Of a stretch of 64,000 nt of DNA, positions 13,101 to 25,078 are shown in pieces; positions within the stretch are counted from its first letter, which is position 1, and every line of letters begins with the position of its first letter. The translations under genes and the position numbers were made by a program. The stretch is taken from assembly GCA_977017645.1 (NCBI GenBank), contig OZ360220.1:58652001-58716000 (forward strand). Reading direction: 5' to 3'. Origin of the DNA: Torpedo marmorata. Its lineage: Eukaryota. The notes below the pieces were generated by a model, which was not told where the DNA came from, ran no database searches, and worked only from the letters and a program-made list of their open reading frames with translations.

Positions 13101-14760
13101 CAAAATCCGCTTTTACCATTTTCTATTGATAATCAGTTACTTAAGTTATGGTTTTTAAAGGGAATTAAGACTTTAAAAGATTGTTTTGAAGCTGGTAGAT
13201 TTATTACTTTTCAGAGGTTAAAAGAAAAATTTAATATATTAGATAATACAATGTTAGTTTATTTTCAAGTTAAAGCTTTTTTGACCGAGAGATTAGGGAA
13301 TGAATTAATAGCACCAAGACAAAATGAACTGGAATTGTTAATTACTAAAGTTAATGTTAATAAGTTTATATCGCAAATGTATAAATTGTTTCAAAGAAAG
13401 ATGTCTAAAGTAGGAGCGCATAAATCTAGATTAAAATGGGAATTGGATTTAAATGTTAATATAGATGAAAATCACTGGAGAGATTTATGTAAATTAAGTA
13501 TGACTAAAGTTATTAATGTGAGATATAGATTAGTACAATATAATTTTTTTCATCAACTATACTTAACACCTAAAAAACTGAAGAAATTCAATCCAGCATT
13601 ATCAGATATGTGTTTTAGATGTAAAACTGAAATAGGTTCTTTTGTACACTGTACATGGTCATGTCCAAAAGTTCAAGACTTTTGGTTGAAAGTTAAGAAT
13701 TTTTTAGAAAGAATTTTTAATGTGGAAGTTATAATGGATCCTATGTTATTTTTATTCGGAGATATTAAAAAATTTAGTATTAGAAATAGATTAAATATGT
13801 ATCAAGTAGAATTTTTACGTATAGTATTAGCAGTTTCAAAAAAGTGTATAGCTATCACTTGGAAATCGGATGTTGATTTAAGTCTAGAGCGATGGCATGC
13901 AGAGTTACGGTCATGTATACCATTAGAAAAAATTACTTATAATTTACGAAATAAATATCATTCTTTTTTGAAAATTTGGGGCCCTTATATGAGGACTATG
14001 GGTTTAACATTGTAAATTCTCTGGATATCAGATCCGCCGGCGAAACAACCTCTAAGGTATATTAGTTTTTAAGTTTATTGGCTCCTCACTCTATTTTTCT
14101 ATCTTTTCTTTTTCTTTTTTTTTATTATTTTATTTTAAATTTTAAATTTAGAATAGGGGGATATAGGGGCTAGGGAGGGGAGGGTGGGAAGGGGGGAGAA
14201 AATGTAATCACATGTATTTTTAAGAATTATATGCAAATTTATTTTATGTAATCTGTGATTTAAAAATTTAAATAAAATATTTTAAAAAAAAAATAAAAAA
14301 AAATGTAAGGGGAATGTATACAGTTAATGGCAGGGCTTTTAAAAGCATTGATATGCAGAGGGATCTGGGGGTCCAGGTCCATAGCTCATTGAAAGTGGTC
14401 ACACAAGTGCATAGTGTGGTAAAGAGGTGTAATGATATGCTTGGCTTCATAGGGCAGGTATTAAATACAAAAGCAAGGAAATCATGTTGCAGCTGTATAA
14501 AACTTTTGTTAGGCTGCACTTTGAATTCTGGTTGCCCCATTACAGGAAGGATGTGGAGGTTTTGGAAAAGTGCACGGAACTCCATTACCAGAATGCTGCC
14601 TGGTTTTGAAGGTGTGGAATTGTGGGGAGAGATTGGACAAACCTGGGTTGTTTTTCTAAAGTGTCGGAGGGTGAGAGGAGACCTGATAGAGGTTTACAAA
14701 ATCATGAGAGGCATTGATACAGTGCAGTCAGAATTTTTCCTCAGGATAGAAGTGTCACAC
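10140..14760 (+). mobile_element. Old CR1 RT fragment (10140-10366 and 14301-14760) split by an L1
   Basis: FADDTKIGG and WAEKWQMEFN..CEVLHF on the left resume as YTVNGR..QRDLGVQVH on the right. Confidence 0.8.
10367..14300 (+). mobile_element. L1-clade LINE copy A, 5'-truncated in the endonuclease; disrupted ORF2
   Basis: APE (GGDFN, SRIDLF), RT (LDAEKAFD, RQGCPLSP, FADD), CCHC knuckle (CFRC..H..W.C); poly(A); 15-bp TSD AAATGTAAGGGGAAT (10352-10366, 14301-14315). Confidence 0.93.
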
Positions 14761-14767
14761 ACTACTG

Positions 14768-14998
14768 CAGCCATTCTCAACATTTCTTTTGGCTTTGCCC
14801 CCCCCCCCTCGGACTCTGCTCAAAGTTTACGGGCCCCCTTCCCTGTTAAGCAGTCAAGTTTTGGTTTCTTACATACTTCTATCCTACTGACTATATAAAA
14901 AATATTTATGTTACCTGAGGTGAAAAGAAAAGCAGGCTTTCACTTAAATGTGCTGTGGCACCCAGGGGGAGCCATAGGGCCCCCGTTGAGAATAGCTG
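14768..14998 (-). mobile_element. hAT-type MITE (CAGCCATTCTCAA termini), copy 1
   Basis: TIR cagccattctcaac / gttgagaatagctg; reverse-complement homolog of 17587..17810. Confidence 0.65.
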
Positions 14999-15141
14999 CA
15001 CTGGAGAACATGCCTTTAAGTTGAGGTGAAGAAAGTTTAAGGGACACGTGTGGGGCAAATAATTTACACAGAGTGTGGCAGGTGCCTCGAAAGGGCTGCC
15101 AGGAGTACATATGATAGTAGCATTGAAGGGGCTTCGAGATA

Positions 15142-15345
15142 CAGTGCCCTCCATAATGTTTGGGACAAAGACACTTTTTTTTCCTTTATTTGCCCCTGTG
15201 CTCCACAGTTTTAAATTTATAATCAAACAATTCTCATGTAATTGAAGTGCACATTCCAGATTTTATTCAAGGATATTTGTATACATTTTGGTTTGACCAT
15301 GTAGAAATTACAGCAATTTTTATACATTGTCCCCTCATTTCATCG
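15142..15345 (+). mobile_element. Tc1-like transposon left-end fragment
   Basis: TA|CAGTGCCCTCCATAATGTTTGGGACA terminus; no right TIR seen. Confidence 0.5.
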
Positions 15346-15374
15346 GGCCAGAATTTTTTAAACGTTCAAATTGC

Positions 15375-16060
15375 ATTTGGCCCATATCCTTCTCAACCTA
15401 TTCTATATTCTATGTATCTATCTAAATGTCTTTTAAAATTGTAATCATACCCGCCTCTACCGCTTCCTCTGACAGCTCGTTCCACATACCCACCACTGCC
15501 TTTATGGAAAAAGCTGCCCCTCAGATACCCTTTAAATATTTTTCCCTCTGTTAAATTTCTCCCCTTTATTTTTAGACTCACCCTCCCTCCTTGGGAGAAG
15601 GACTGACCATTCACCTTATCTATCCCCCTCATGATTCTAAGGTTATCCCTCAAACTTCTACGCTCCTGGGGAAGAAAGCCTCAGCCTATAGATTCTCTCC
15701 CTATAAACTCAAGCTCTCCAGTTCTAGTACCATCCTTGTGAATCTTTTCTGCACCCTTTCCAGTTTAATGTCATCCTTCCTATAGCTACGCAACCTGAAC
15801 TGCACAATTCTGTGGCCTCACGAATGTCTTGTGTAGTTGTAACATGACATCCCAACTCTTTACTCACTGCCTTTCCTATTGAAGGTAAGTGTGTTAAACA
15901 GCTTCTTTACCACTTTGTCCACCTGTATTGCCACTTTTAGGGAACTATGTACTTGTATCCCAAGTCTCTGTTCTACAATGATCTCCCGACCCTGTCTGTC
16001 ATTCACCTTGCACTTGTCAGGGTTACATTCTATCAGCCATTCCTTGGCCTACTTTTCCCA
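15375..16060 (-). mobile_element. Degenerate CR1 3' fragment
   Basis: IMRGIDKVN, FKRHLDRY remnants typical of the CR1 ORF2 C-terminus. Confidence 0.65.
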
Positions 16061-16266
16061 AGCCATCCCTCTTTTGCTCCATAAGTTGAAGTCTTCATTA
16101 CCATTTCTGAATGGTTTTTGCATATATCTGTGATCTAAATTCACCATTAATTCTAAGCTACAGTTTTTAAAAATTAATCGGGTGGATAGGCTTGAAGCAG
16201 AAAAGAAGAACTTGATCTCAAAGCATAGTTGACCCTCATGAATTTGAAGACATGGACTGCACGTAC

Positions 16267-16391
16267 CTGCCAGAACAATGGCTTTTGATCCACCATCCAT
16301 CAAATGCACTGCACTGTTCGTCCCAAAGTTAAGGTTTTTGTAACTGGGGATGGTCTTGTGGCCTTTTCTGAATGGATCCCATACTTTCAGT
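16267..16391 (-). CDS. NWD-like gene exon (LKVWDPFRKGHKTIP...KAIVLA)
   Basis: Acceptor cattaaaag (phase 2), donor G|gtacgt (phase 1); matches both neighbouring exons. Confidence 0.85.
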
Positions 16392-17586
16392 CTTTTAATG
16401 AAGTAAAATAAGAAATGCAAACTCTTTATCTGTTGATCTAGTGTGCATCAAAAACTATAGGGTACAGGTGTGAGATACTAAGATTAGTACACTAAAAGAG
16501 TTTGTTATACTGTGACAAAACACGCTGACTACAAAATGCAAACAAAGACTTAACATTAAATTGATAAAGAAGAACTATGCACAGAGAGCTGTACAGTTTG
16601 GGTTAGCACCTCTGGAGATGTAGATGAATGGCTTTGTTATTGTGTTTTTCTTTAGAGTCATAGTTGCACAGTTCAGAACCAATCCCTTTGGGCCACTGCG
16701 ACTATGACAACTCTCAAGGACTCATTAAATTCAATTTTACCTGCATGTGTCTATAGCCTTCAGTGTCTTGGCAATTTGAGCACTTGTCTCTTTAAATATT
16801 GTAAGAGTGTCTGCCTTCATCACTCCCTCAAGCAGTGTGTTCCAGAGTCCAACCATTCTCCAGAGAAACTGTTCCTCAGATCCCCTTAGCCCTTGCCTTA
16901 AACATATGCCTTCTAGTTTTAAATACCTCTGCTGTGGGGGAATTGCCATAGTATCTATACCTCCATCATGTTCTTCTTTTCCCCCTCCACCCTACCACCT
17001 CCGTTCCAAAGAAAACAAAGCCTGTCAATCCATTCTCTGATAGTCTTTAAGGAGTTTGTACGTCCTCCCTATGTCTGCGTAGGTTTCCTCCCACCATTCA
17101 AAATGTACCGGGGGTTGTTGGTCAATTGGGAGTAATTGGGCGGCACGGGCTCGTGGGTCGAAAGGGCCTGTTATTGTGCTGTACGTCAAAAAAAAAACAG
17201 CATCCTATCAGAGAATGCTCCAGCCCAGGCAACAGCCTGGTGAATCTCCCTTATACCATCTCCAGTGACCAGAACTATACACAATACTCTGGTTGTGGCC
17301 AAACTAAAGTTGAATAATGTTGTACCATAACCTCCCTGTTCTTATTCTATTTCCCAGCTGTATGCTGCCTTCACCACCTTATCTACTTTGTACTTTGATT
17401 TTCAGGGATTCTCCTGACCTCTCTTCTGCAATACTCCATTGGATGTATGCTCTTCCTTTATTCGTCCTCCCAAATGGCATTGACCTTTCGTCCTCTAAAA
17501 ATGCATCAGCCTGCACATATCACGATTAAATCCAATCTTCCATTGCTCTGCCCATTTTACCAACTAATGAATATCATCCTCCAGAC

Positions 17587-17810
17587 CGGCCATTCTCAAT
17601 GGGGGCCACAGTACATTTAAATAAAAGCCTTGTTTTCTTTTCACCTGACGTAACATAAATATTTTTTGTTTTTTTATGTAGTCAGTAGGAGAGAAGTACG
17701 AAGAAACCAAAACTTGACTGCTTCACAGGGAAGGAAGGGGTTAAACTTTGAGCAGAGTCCTTGGGGGAGGAGGGGGGGGGGGAATAGCCGAAAAATGTTG
17801 AGAATGGCTG
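17587..17810 (+). mobile_element. hAT-type MITE copy 2
   Basis: TIR cggccattctcaa / ttgagaatggctg; degenerate 8-bp TSD ctccagac / gtctagac. Confidence 0.7.
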
Positions 17811-17913
17811 GTCTAGACTATGACTCTCCTCGCTATGAACAACACCACACTTTTCATGTTATGTGCAGCGTCACTAATCACATACCTCCATCCATATACA
17901 AATAATTAATATA

Positions 17914-20900
17914 CCGTATATTTCGGCGTATAAGTCGACCCCCCCGTTTTCAGCCTCATTTTAATGGTTTTATTGTATGTTTGGCGTATAAGTCGACCCC
18001 CAAAAAAATCGCGATGCCTGAGATGCTGAGCGTTGACCGGCATATAAGTCGACCCCAAAAATCGCAATGCCTGAGATGCTGGGCGTTGACCGGCGTATAG
18101 GTCGACCCACAATGATCGCGCTGATTGAGCTGCTGGGTGTTGGTTGGAGGTGATTGTTATCATGGAGGCTCCATTGAAACGACAAAAGTATGAGGTGAGT
18201 TTTAAATTAAAAGTGATAGAAATGGCCAAGAAAACCAACAACTGTGCTGCTGCAAGAAAATTTGATATATATGAGAAGTTGGTAAGAGAGTGGAGGAAGA
18301 AAGAAGAGACTTTAAGAAAAATACCAAAAAGGCAATGTTCAATGAGAAGAGGAATCACTCGTTGGCCAGAGTTGGAAAATCATGTCGCAGCATGGGTACG
18401 TGAACAGAGGCAAGATTGCTACATAGTCACCCGAAATAAAATAAGAACATTTGCACTAAAGTGGGCAAAGTCGCATCCAGAACTCAGTAATGATCTTGAA
18501 GCTACAGTAGGCTGGTGCAACCTTTTCATGAACAGGAAAAATCTGGTATTATGACAAAAAACAAAAATTGCTCAGAAACTACCAAAAGATACATCGTCGG
18601 ATTCAGAAGGTAAAGATAAGGATACCCAGCAGATTTCAGAGCTAGAAATTGAAGAATATGAAGTTTATCCAGAAGATCCTACTAAAGAATATTGGTCTAT
18701 AAAAGAAAATCAACAGCAAATATTACAGGCCATTTCAAGATTAGAAGTTAATATGCAGCAAGAATTTAAAGAGGTGAAGCAAAATATTAGGAGATTGGAA
18801 AATACTGTGAGTAAAATGGAAAATAGAGTTCAAAAAGTTGAAGATGATGTTAAGAATAATTATGATGAATTTGTGGACTGTAGAGAAGGAGTTGATAAAT
18901 TAGATGATTCATTTACAGGATGGGAATTACAAAGAAATCAATTGATGCAAAAAATGGATCAATTGGAAAATCAAAGCTGAAGAAATAATGTTAAAATACT
19001 GGGATTGCCTGAAGATACTGAAACACAAGATGTAACTCAATTTTTTCAAAATTGGCTTATGCAAACTTTTGCTTTTGACAAACCAGTGGAGCTGGAAAGA
19101 GCACATAGAATTGGGAGACAAAATCAGATAGATCGAAGACCACGTCCTGTGTTGATGAAATGTCTTAGATATCAGGATAGAGAAAAAATATTAAGAGCAG
19201 CGATTCAGAAGGCGAGAGACAACAGGGCTCCAATGATGATTGATGGAAATAAAGTGCTTTTTTATCCAGATTTAAGTCCAGCGGTAGTTAAGAGTCGCAA
19301 AGAATTTAATCCAACAAAAGCATTACTCTGGCAGAAAGAATGAATATAAATATTCGTTTAAATATCCTGCGGCTTTGAGAGTTCAAAGTAATGGAGATAA
19401 GTTCATTCTGTTTATGGATCCTCAACAAGCTTATAAACATGCACAAACTCTTCCATATTTGCTTAAAAAGTTTGGAGTGAATAATTGTCAGCATGATCAA
19501 GAAAATCAACCAATGCAAGTTTCTTCACCAAGTTCTTTGCCAAAAGAGGAGAGGATTCTAGTTCAGATTGAAGAAGAACAAGATGATTTGGACATTGGAT
19601 CAGTTAATTGAAGATATGATGTATAAGTTTACGTTAATCTGTTGGGGGGAGGTGGACTTTTTGTCTCTTCTTCCTAGCCATGCACCACCTTAGTGGCAAG
19701 AGCCACTTCTCGAACAATGGAGGGGGTAATACTGGGACAAAAACACCAGTATTTTATACGCGGGGGTTTTCTTTTTTCTTTTTTTTCTTTCTATCTTTTA
19801 CTTTATTTGAGGGGATACCATGTAGTTTACAATTTAGGAGGGAAAAGCTAGTAGATTTGATTGAAAGAGATTTGCTACAATTTTATTATGATGGATAGTA
19901 AGAGTATAAATTTAGTAAGTATTAATATAAATGGGATTAATAATCCGATTAAGAGAAAAAGAACTTTAGCATATATTAAAAAGTTGAAGGTAGATATAGC
20001 TTTTTTACAAGAGACTCATTTGATAGACCTGGAACATCAAAAATTAAAAAGAGAGTGGGTTGGTCATGTGGTGGCTTCTACATTTAATTCTAAAGCAAGA
20101 GGGGTAGCTATATTAATTAATAAAAAATTACCTTTTAAGATACAATCGGTAGTTACAGATGTGGCAGGAAGATATGTTCTGATACATTGTCAAATTTATT
20201 CAGAATCTTGGACACTTATGAATTTATATGTGTCAAATCCAGATGATGAGCAGTTTATTCAAGATGCCTTTTTGCACTTGTCAGATGCTAATGAGAATAT
20301 TTTAATTGGGGGAGATTTTAATTGTTGTTTAGATTCAATAATGGATAAGACTTCAAGATCACCTGTTAGAGCTAAAATTGTTAAAAGAATTCTTAATTTG
20401 ATGAAAGATTTAAATTTAATAGATATTTTGAGGAGATTGAACCCTAGGGAGAAAGATTATTCATTTTATTCTTTTAGACATGATTCATACTCTAGGATAG
20501 ACTTATTTCTATTATCTTCACAGGTTCAAGATAGAATAACACAAGTATCCTATAAAGCGAGAGTAATCTCTGATCATTCGCCTTTATTATTGTCTTGTAT
20601 AATTCCGGAAAAAGAAAAAACTATATATAATTGGAGATTTGATCCGTCTTTATTAAAAAGGAAAGATTTTTGTGAATACATAAGAAGAGAAATTCAGGAA
20701 TTTTTGTGAATAAATGCTAATTCTATTAATGATAAATTTATTGTGTGGGAAGCTTTCAAAGCTTATTTAAGGGGTCTAATAATAAGCTATTCAGTTAAAA
20801 TTAAGAAAGATTATCTTAAGGAATCAGAAAAACTTGAGAAGGAAATTGAAATATGGAACAGAGAAATAGATCAATTCAAAAAAGAAATTGTTTAATAGGG

Positions 20901-23900
20901 AAGAAATTACATTATAATTTGTTACAAACACATAAAATGGAAAAATTAATTGAGAAAACTAAACAAAGATATTATGAATTAGGGGAAAGAGCCCATAAGG
21001 TTTTGGCATGGCAATTGAAAAAAGAACAAGTTTCTAAAACTATAAATGCTATAAGGAAGAAAAATACTGGAGAAATAATTTATAAACCTCAAGAGATAAA
21101 TGAATCTTTTAAAGATTATTATCAGAATTTATATAAATCGCAGATTGATCAATACAATTCTAAAATTAATAGATTCCTATCCAAAATTACATTACCTAAA
21201 TTGAACATTTAGAGTAGAGATTCTTTAGATTTGCCTTTTACAATGAGGGAAGTTAGTGAAGTTCTTTCTTCGCTGAAGAGTGGTAAATCTCCGGGTGATG
21301 ACGGGTTTCCATCAGAATTTTATAAAGAATTTAAAGATTTATTAATACCTCCATATATGGAAGTACTAGATCAAATTACGGAAACTCATTCATTACCGAA
21401 AACATTTTTAAATGCTATAATTACAGTTATACCAAAGAAGGATAGGGATGTATTAAAAACTGAATCATATAGACCTATTTCATTATTAAATGTAGATTAT
21501 AAAATAATGGCAAAAATTTTAGCAAACAGAATGGCTAAATATTTGCCAGATTTGATACATCTAGATCAAGCTGGTTTTATTAAAAATAGATATTCAAAAG
21601 ATAATATAGCTAGATTAATTAGTTTAATTAGTTTGCATAAAAAGAAACAAGATCTACCATTAGTTGTAACATTACACGCTGAAAAGGCTTTTGATAGATT
21701 AGAATGGAATTTTTTATTTAAGGTATTAGAAAAATTTTGTTTTGGAAATACATTTATAAATTGGATTAAAATTATATATAAAGAACCATCAGCTAAAGTA
21801 ATTACAAATGGACAAATATCGCCAAAATTTCCTTTAACACGCTCTACGAGACAGGGATGTCCTCTGTCACCAGCCTTATTTGTTTTGGCGATAGAACCTT
21901 TGGCTGAATTAGTTAGAAAAGATCCTAAGATAGTGGGTATTAAAGTTGGTATGGAAGAACATAAGATTAGTTTGTTTGCAGATGATGTATTGATATATAT
22001 GACAAAATCTATTACATCACTTCAACTATCTATCATTTTAAGAGAGTATGGTGAAATATCTGGATATAAAATTAATTCTGATAAAAGTGAAATAATGGCT
22101 TTATCTCAAGGTGATTATACTAGATGTAAAGAAATTACACAATTTAAATGGGCTAAAGAAGGAATTAAATATTTGGGAGTTAAGGTTAATACAAAATTGG
22201 AAAATTTATACAAATTAAATTATCTACCATTATTTGTGAAAATAAAGAAAGATTTAGAGAATTGGAAAGATTTACCCATAACTTTAATGGGAAGAGTAAA
22301 TTGTATTAAAATGAATATTTTTCCAAGAATTCAGTATCTTTTTCAATCAATTCCTTTTGGAATTCCTCAAAAATTTTTTAAAGATTTAAATTTTTTTATT
22401 AGGAAATTTTTATGGAAAGGAAAGTTAGCAAGAGTAAGTATGGAAAAATTAACTTGGAATTATGAGATGGGTGGATTGCAACTTCCTAATTTTCAAAATT
22501 ATTATAAAGCAGCTCAATTAAAATTTGTTAATGAATTTTTTGATTCAACTAAATCTTCTGCTTGGATTAAAATTGAATTAAATAATATAGGAGAAGATCT
22601 TAAAGAAGAAATTATTTATAAATGGGATTCTAAATTAATATCAATAAAAAAGAAACATTCACCAATTATTAAACATTTGTTAGAAATATGGGGTAAGACG
22701 GATAAAGAAATAGGTGGAAAAGGATTGATTTCTTCAAATACACCATTATATCAAAATGGACTTACCATTTACTGTTAATAATCAGTTACTTAAAATTTGG
22801 TTTCAAAAAGGTATTAAGAAGATTAGTGATTGTTTTGAAGCTGTAAAATTTATTACATTTCAAAGAATGAAAGATAAATTTAATATATCAGATAATACAT
22901 GTTTAGCTTATTATCAAGTTAAAGCTTTTTTGACTGAGAAATTAGGTTATGCTTTGATTCTACCGAGACAAAATGAGTTAGAATTATTAGTTACTAATGG
23001 AGATGTCAATAAATTCATTTCTCAAATATATAAATTGTTCCAGAGGAAAATGCCTAAAATAGGATTGCATAAATCAAGATTAAAATGGGAATTAGATTTA
23101 AATGTAAATATAGACGAAAATCATTGGAAAGATTTATGTAAATTAAGTATGACGAAGATTATCAATGTTAGATATAGACTGGTACAATATAATTTTTTTC
23201 ATCAATTATACTTAACACCTAAAAAAACTAAAGAAATTTAATCCGACATTATCAGGCTTATGTTTTAGATGTAATAGAGAGGAAGGTTCTTTTGTTCATT
23301 CTACATGGTTTTGTCCAAAAATTCAAGATTTTTGGTTGAAAGTTAAAAATTTTTTAGATAAATTATTTAAGATTACGTTTCCAATGGATCCTATGTTATT
23401 TTTATTTGGAGATATTAAAAAATTTAGTATTAAGAAGAAATTAAATATGTATCAAGTAGAATTTTTGCGAATTGCTTTAGCTGTTTCAAAAAAATGCATT
23501 GCTATTACTTGGAAATCTGATTTAGATTTAGGACTAGAAAGATGGCATGCAGAACTTGAAAAATTACTTATAATTTACGTAATAAATATCTTTTTTTCTT
23601 GAAAATTTGGAGCCCATATATGAGAGCCGTGGGTTTAAGGATTTGAAGATCTCTGGATATCGGATCTGCTGGCATATTTGACCTCCATAATAGAATTAGT
23701 TTAGAAGGTATTCCCCTTATTCTATTCTTTTCTTTCTTTCTTTTTTCTATTTTACTTTAAATTTTTATTTTTTACTAGATTAGTGGGGATGGGGGGGTTG
23801 GGGAGGGGAGGGAGGGTGGGGGGGTGAAAATGTATCACATGTATTTTGATAATTTTATATCTTATCTCATGTATTTTGTGATTTAAAAATTTAAATAAAA

Positions 23901-25078
23901 TAATAAAAAAATTAAAAAAAAGAAACTACCAAAAGATCTTGATCATAAAGTTGTAAGTTTTCACCAGTTTATTTTACGTAACCGGCAGAAACACAAGTTT
24001 GCATTGGCAAATATTGGAAAAATGGACAAAACCCCCATGAAGTTTGACATGATAGGCAATAGAACAGTGGAATGGAAAGGTGTGAAAACTGTGCAAACCA
24101 GGAGTACTGGCCATGAAAGGACCAGGTTTACCGTGGTGTTATCATGCATGTCCGACGGGACAAAGTTAAGACCCATGGTAATGTTCAAACGCAAATTTAA
24201 ACCAAAAATAAAATTCCCTGCGTATTTTTGTATTTTTTCATGAAAAAGGATGGATGGATGGATGAAAATGGTGTAAAACTATGGATAGACAATGTGTGGA
24301 ACAGGCGGCCAACGCAAGGAACGGAGTTTGCTGGTCTGGGATATGTTTCGTAGCCACTTAAATGAGAACACTTAAAGTAGATTAGCACAACATAATACTT
24401 ACATGGCGGTTATCCCGGGTGGTTTGACATCTATATTGCAACTTCTCAATGCCTGCTTGAACAAGCCATTCAAAGACCATGTGCGTGAAGAGTGGGATAC
24501 ATGGACGTCGAGTGCAGAAAAAATCATTTACAAAAAGCGGGGCAATGCGTGCTGCATCATTTGATGTGCTGTGTGACTTCGTGCTCGAGGCATGGGACAA
24601 AGTGAAAGTAGAGACTATAATAAAATCGTTTAAAAAGTGCGGTATCTCTTGTGCAATTGATGGTACGGAAGATAATTTATTGTGGGACACTGACGACGAA
24701 GCTGAAGCCGCCTCATCAGATACAGACTGGGAACCGTATGATGACTGTTTAAACAGTGAGACCCCAGATGTGCTTGCCGAGATCTTTGCCTCAGACGACG
24801 ATAGCGAAAGTGATTTTGAAGGGTTCTAAATGTGTTGTTGTTTTCAATAAAGGTGTCAATGAAAATTTGTTGCAGTCGGGTTTTTTCTTTGGTTTTTCAA
24901 GGGTCGACTTATATGCCGAATTGTGTTTTCAAGGGTCGACATACGCCGAATCAGCGTAGAGCGGTTTCTGAGCTGAATTTAAGGTCTCAAAAGTATATCC
25001 GGCGTATAAATCGACCCCCTTTTTTTTTGAGAGATTTTTGAGGGTTTCAAGACTTGACTTATACGCCGAAATATACGT
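17914..25078 (+). mobile_element. pogo-superfamily (POGK/Passer-like) DNA transposon, disrupted, split by an L1
   Basis: TA-flanked TIRs CCGTATATTTCGGCGTATAAGTC; subterminal GGCGTATAAGTCGACCCC repeats; transposase with Brinker-like DBD (YEVSFKLKVIEMAK..AAARKF), CENP-B-type HTH, and DDE segments (MDKTP, PGGLTSILQ, SFKKCGIS) at 18162-18590 and 23938-24829. Confidence 0.9.
18591..23920 (+). mobile_element. L1-clade LINE copy B, near full length (ORF1 + ORF2, disrupted)
   Basis: ORF1 coiled coil and RRM (RNNVKILGLPED, ERAHR, YPDLS); ORF2 from about 19888 (NINGIN, LQETH, FADD); poly(A); 17-bp TSD AGAAACTACCAAAAGAT (18574-18590, 23921-23937). Confidence 0.94.

Noticed and set aside
17914-18110. 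Spaced direct repeats resembling a CRISPR array
   Set aside because: Eukaryotic context; spacers resemble each other; the repeats are pogo subterminal copies of the TIR
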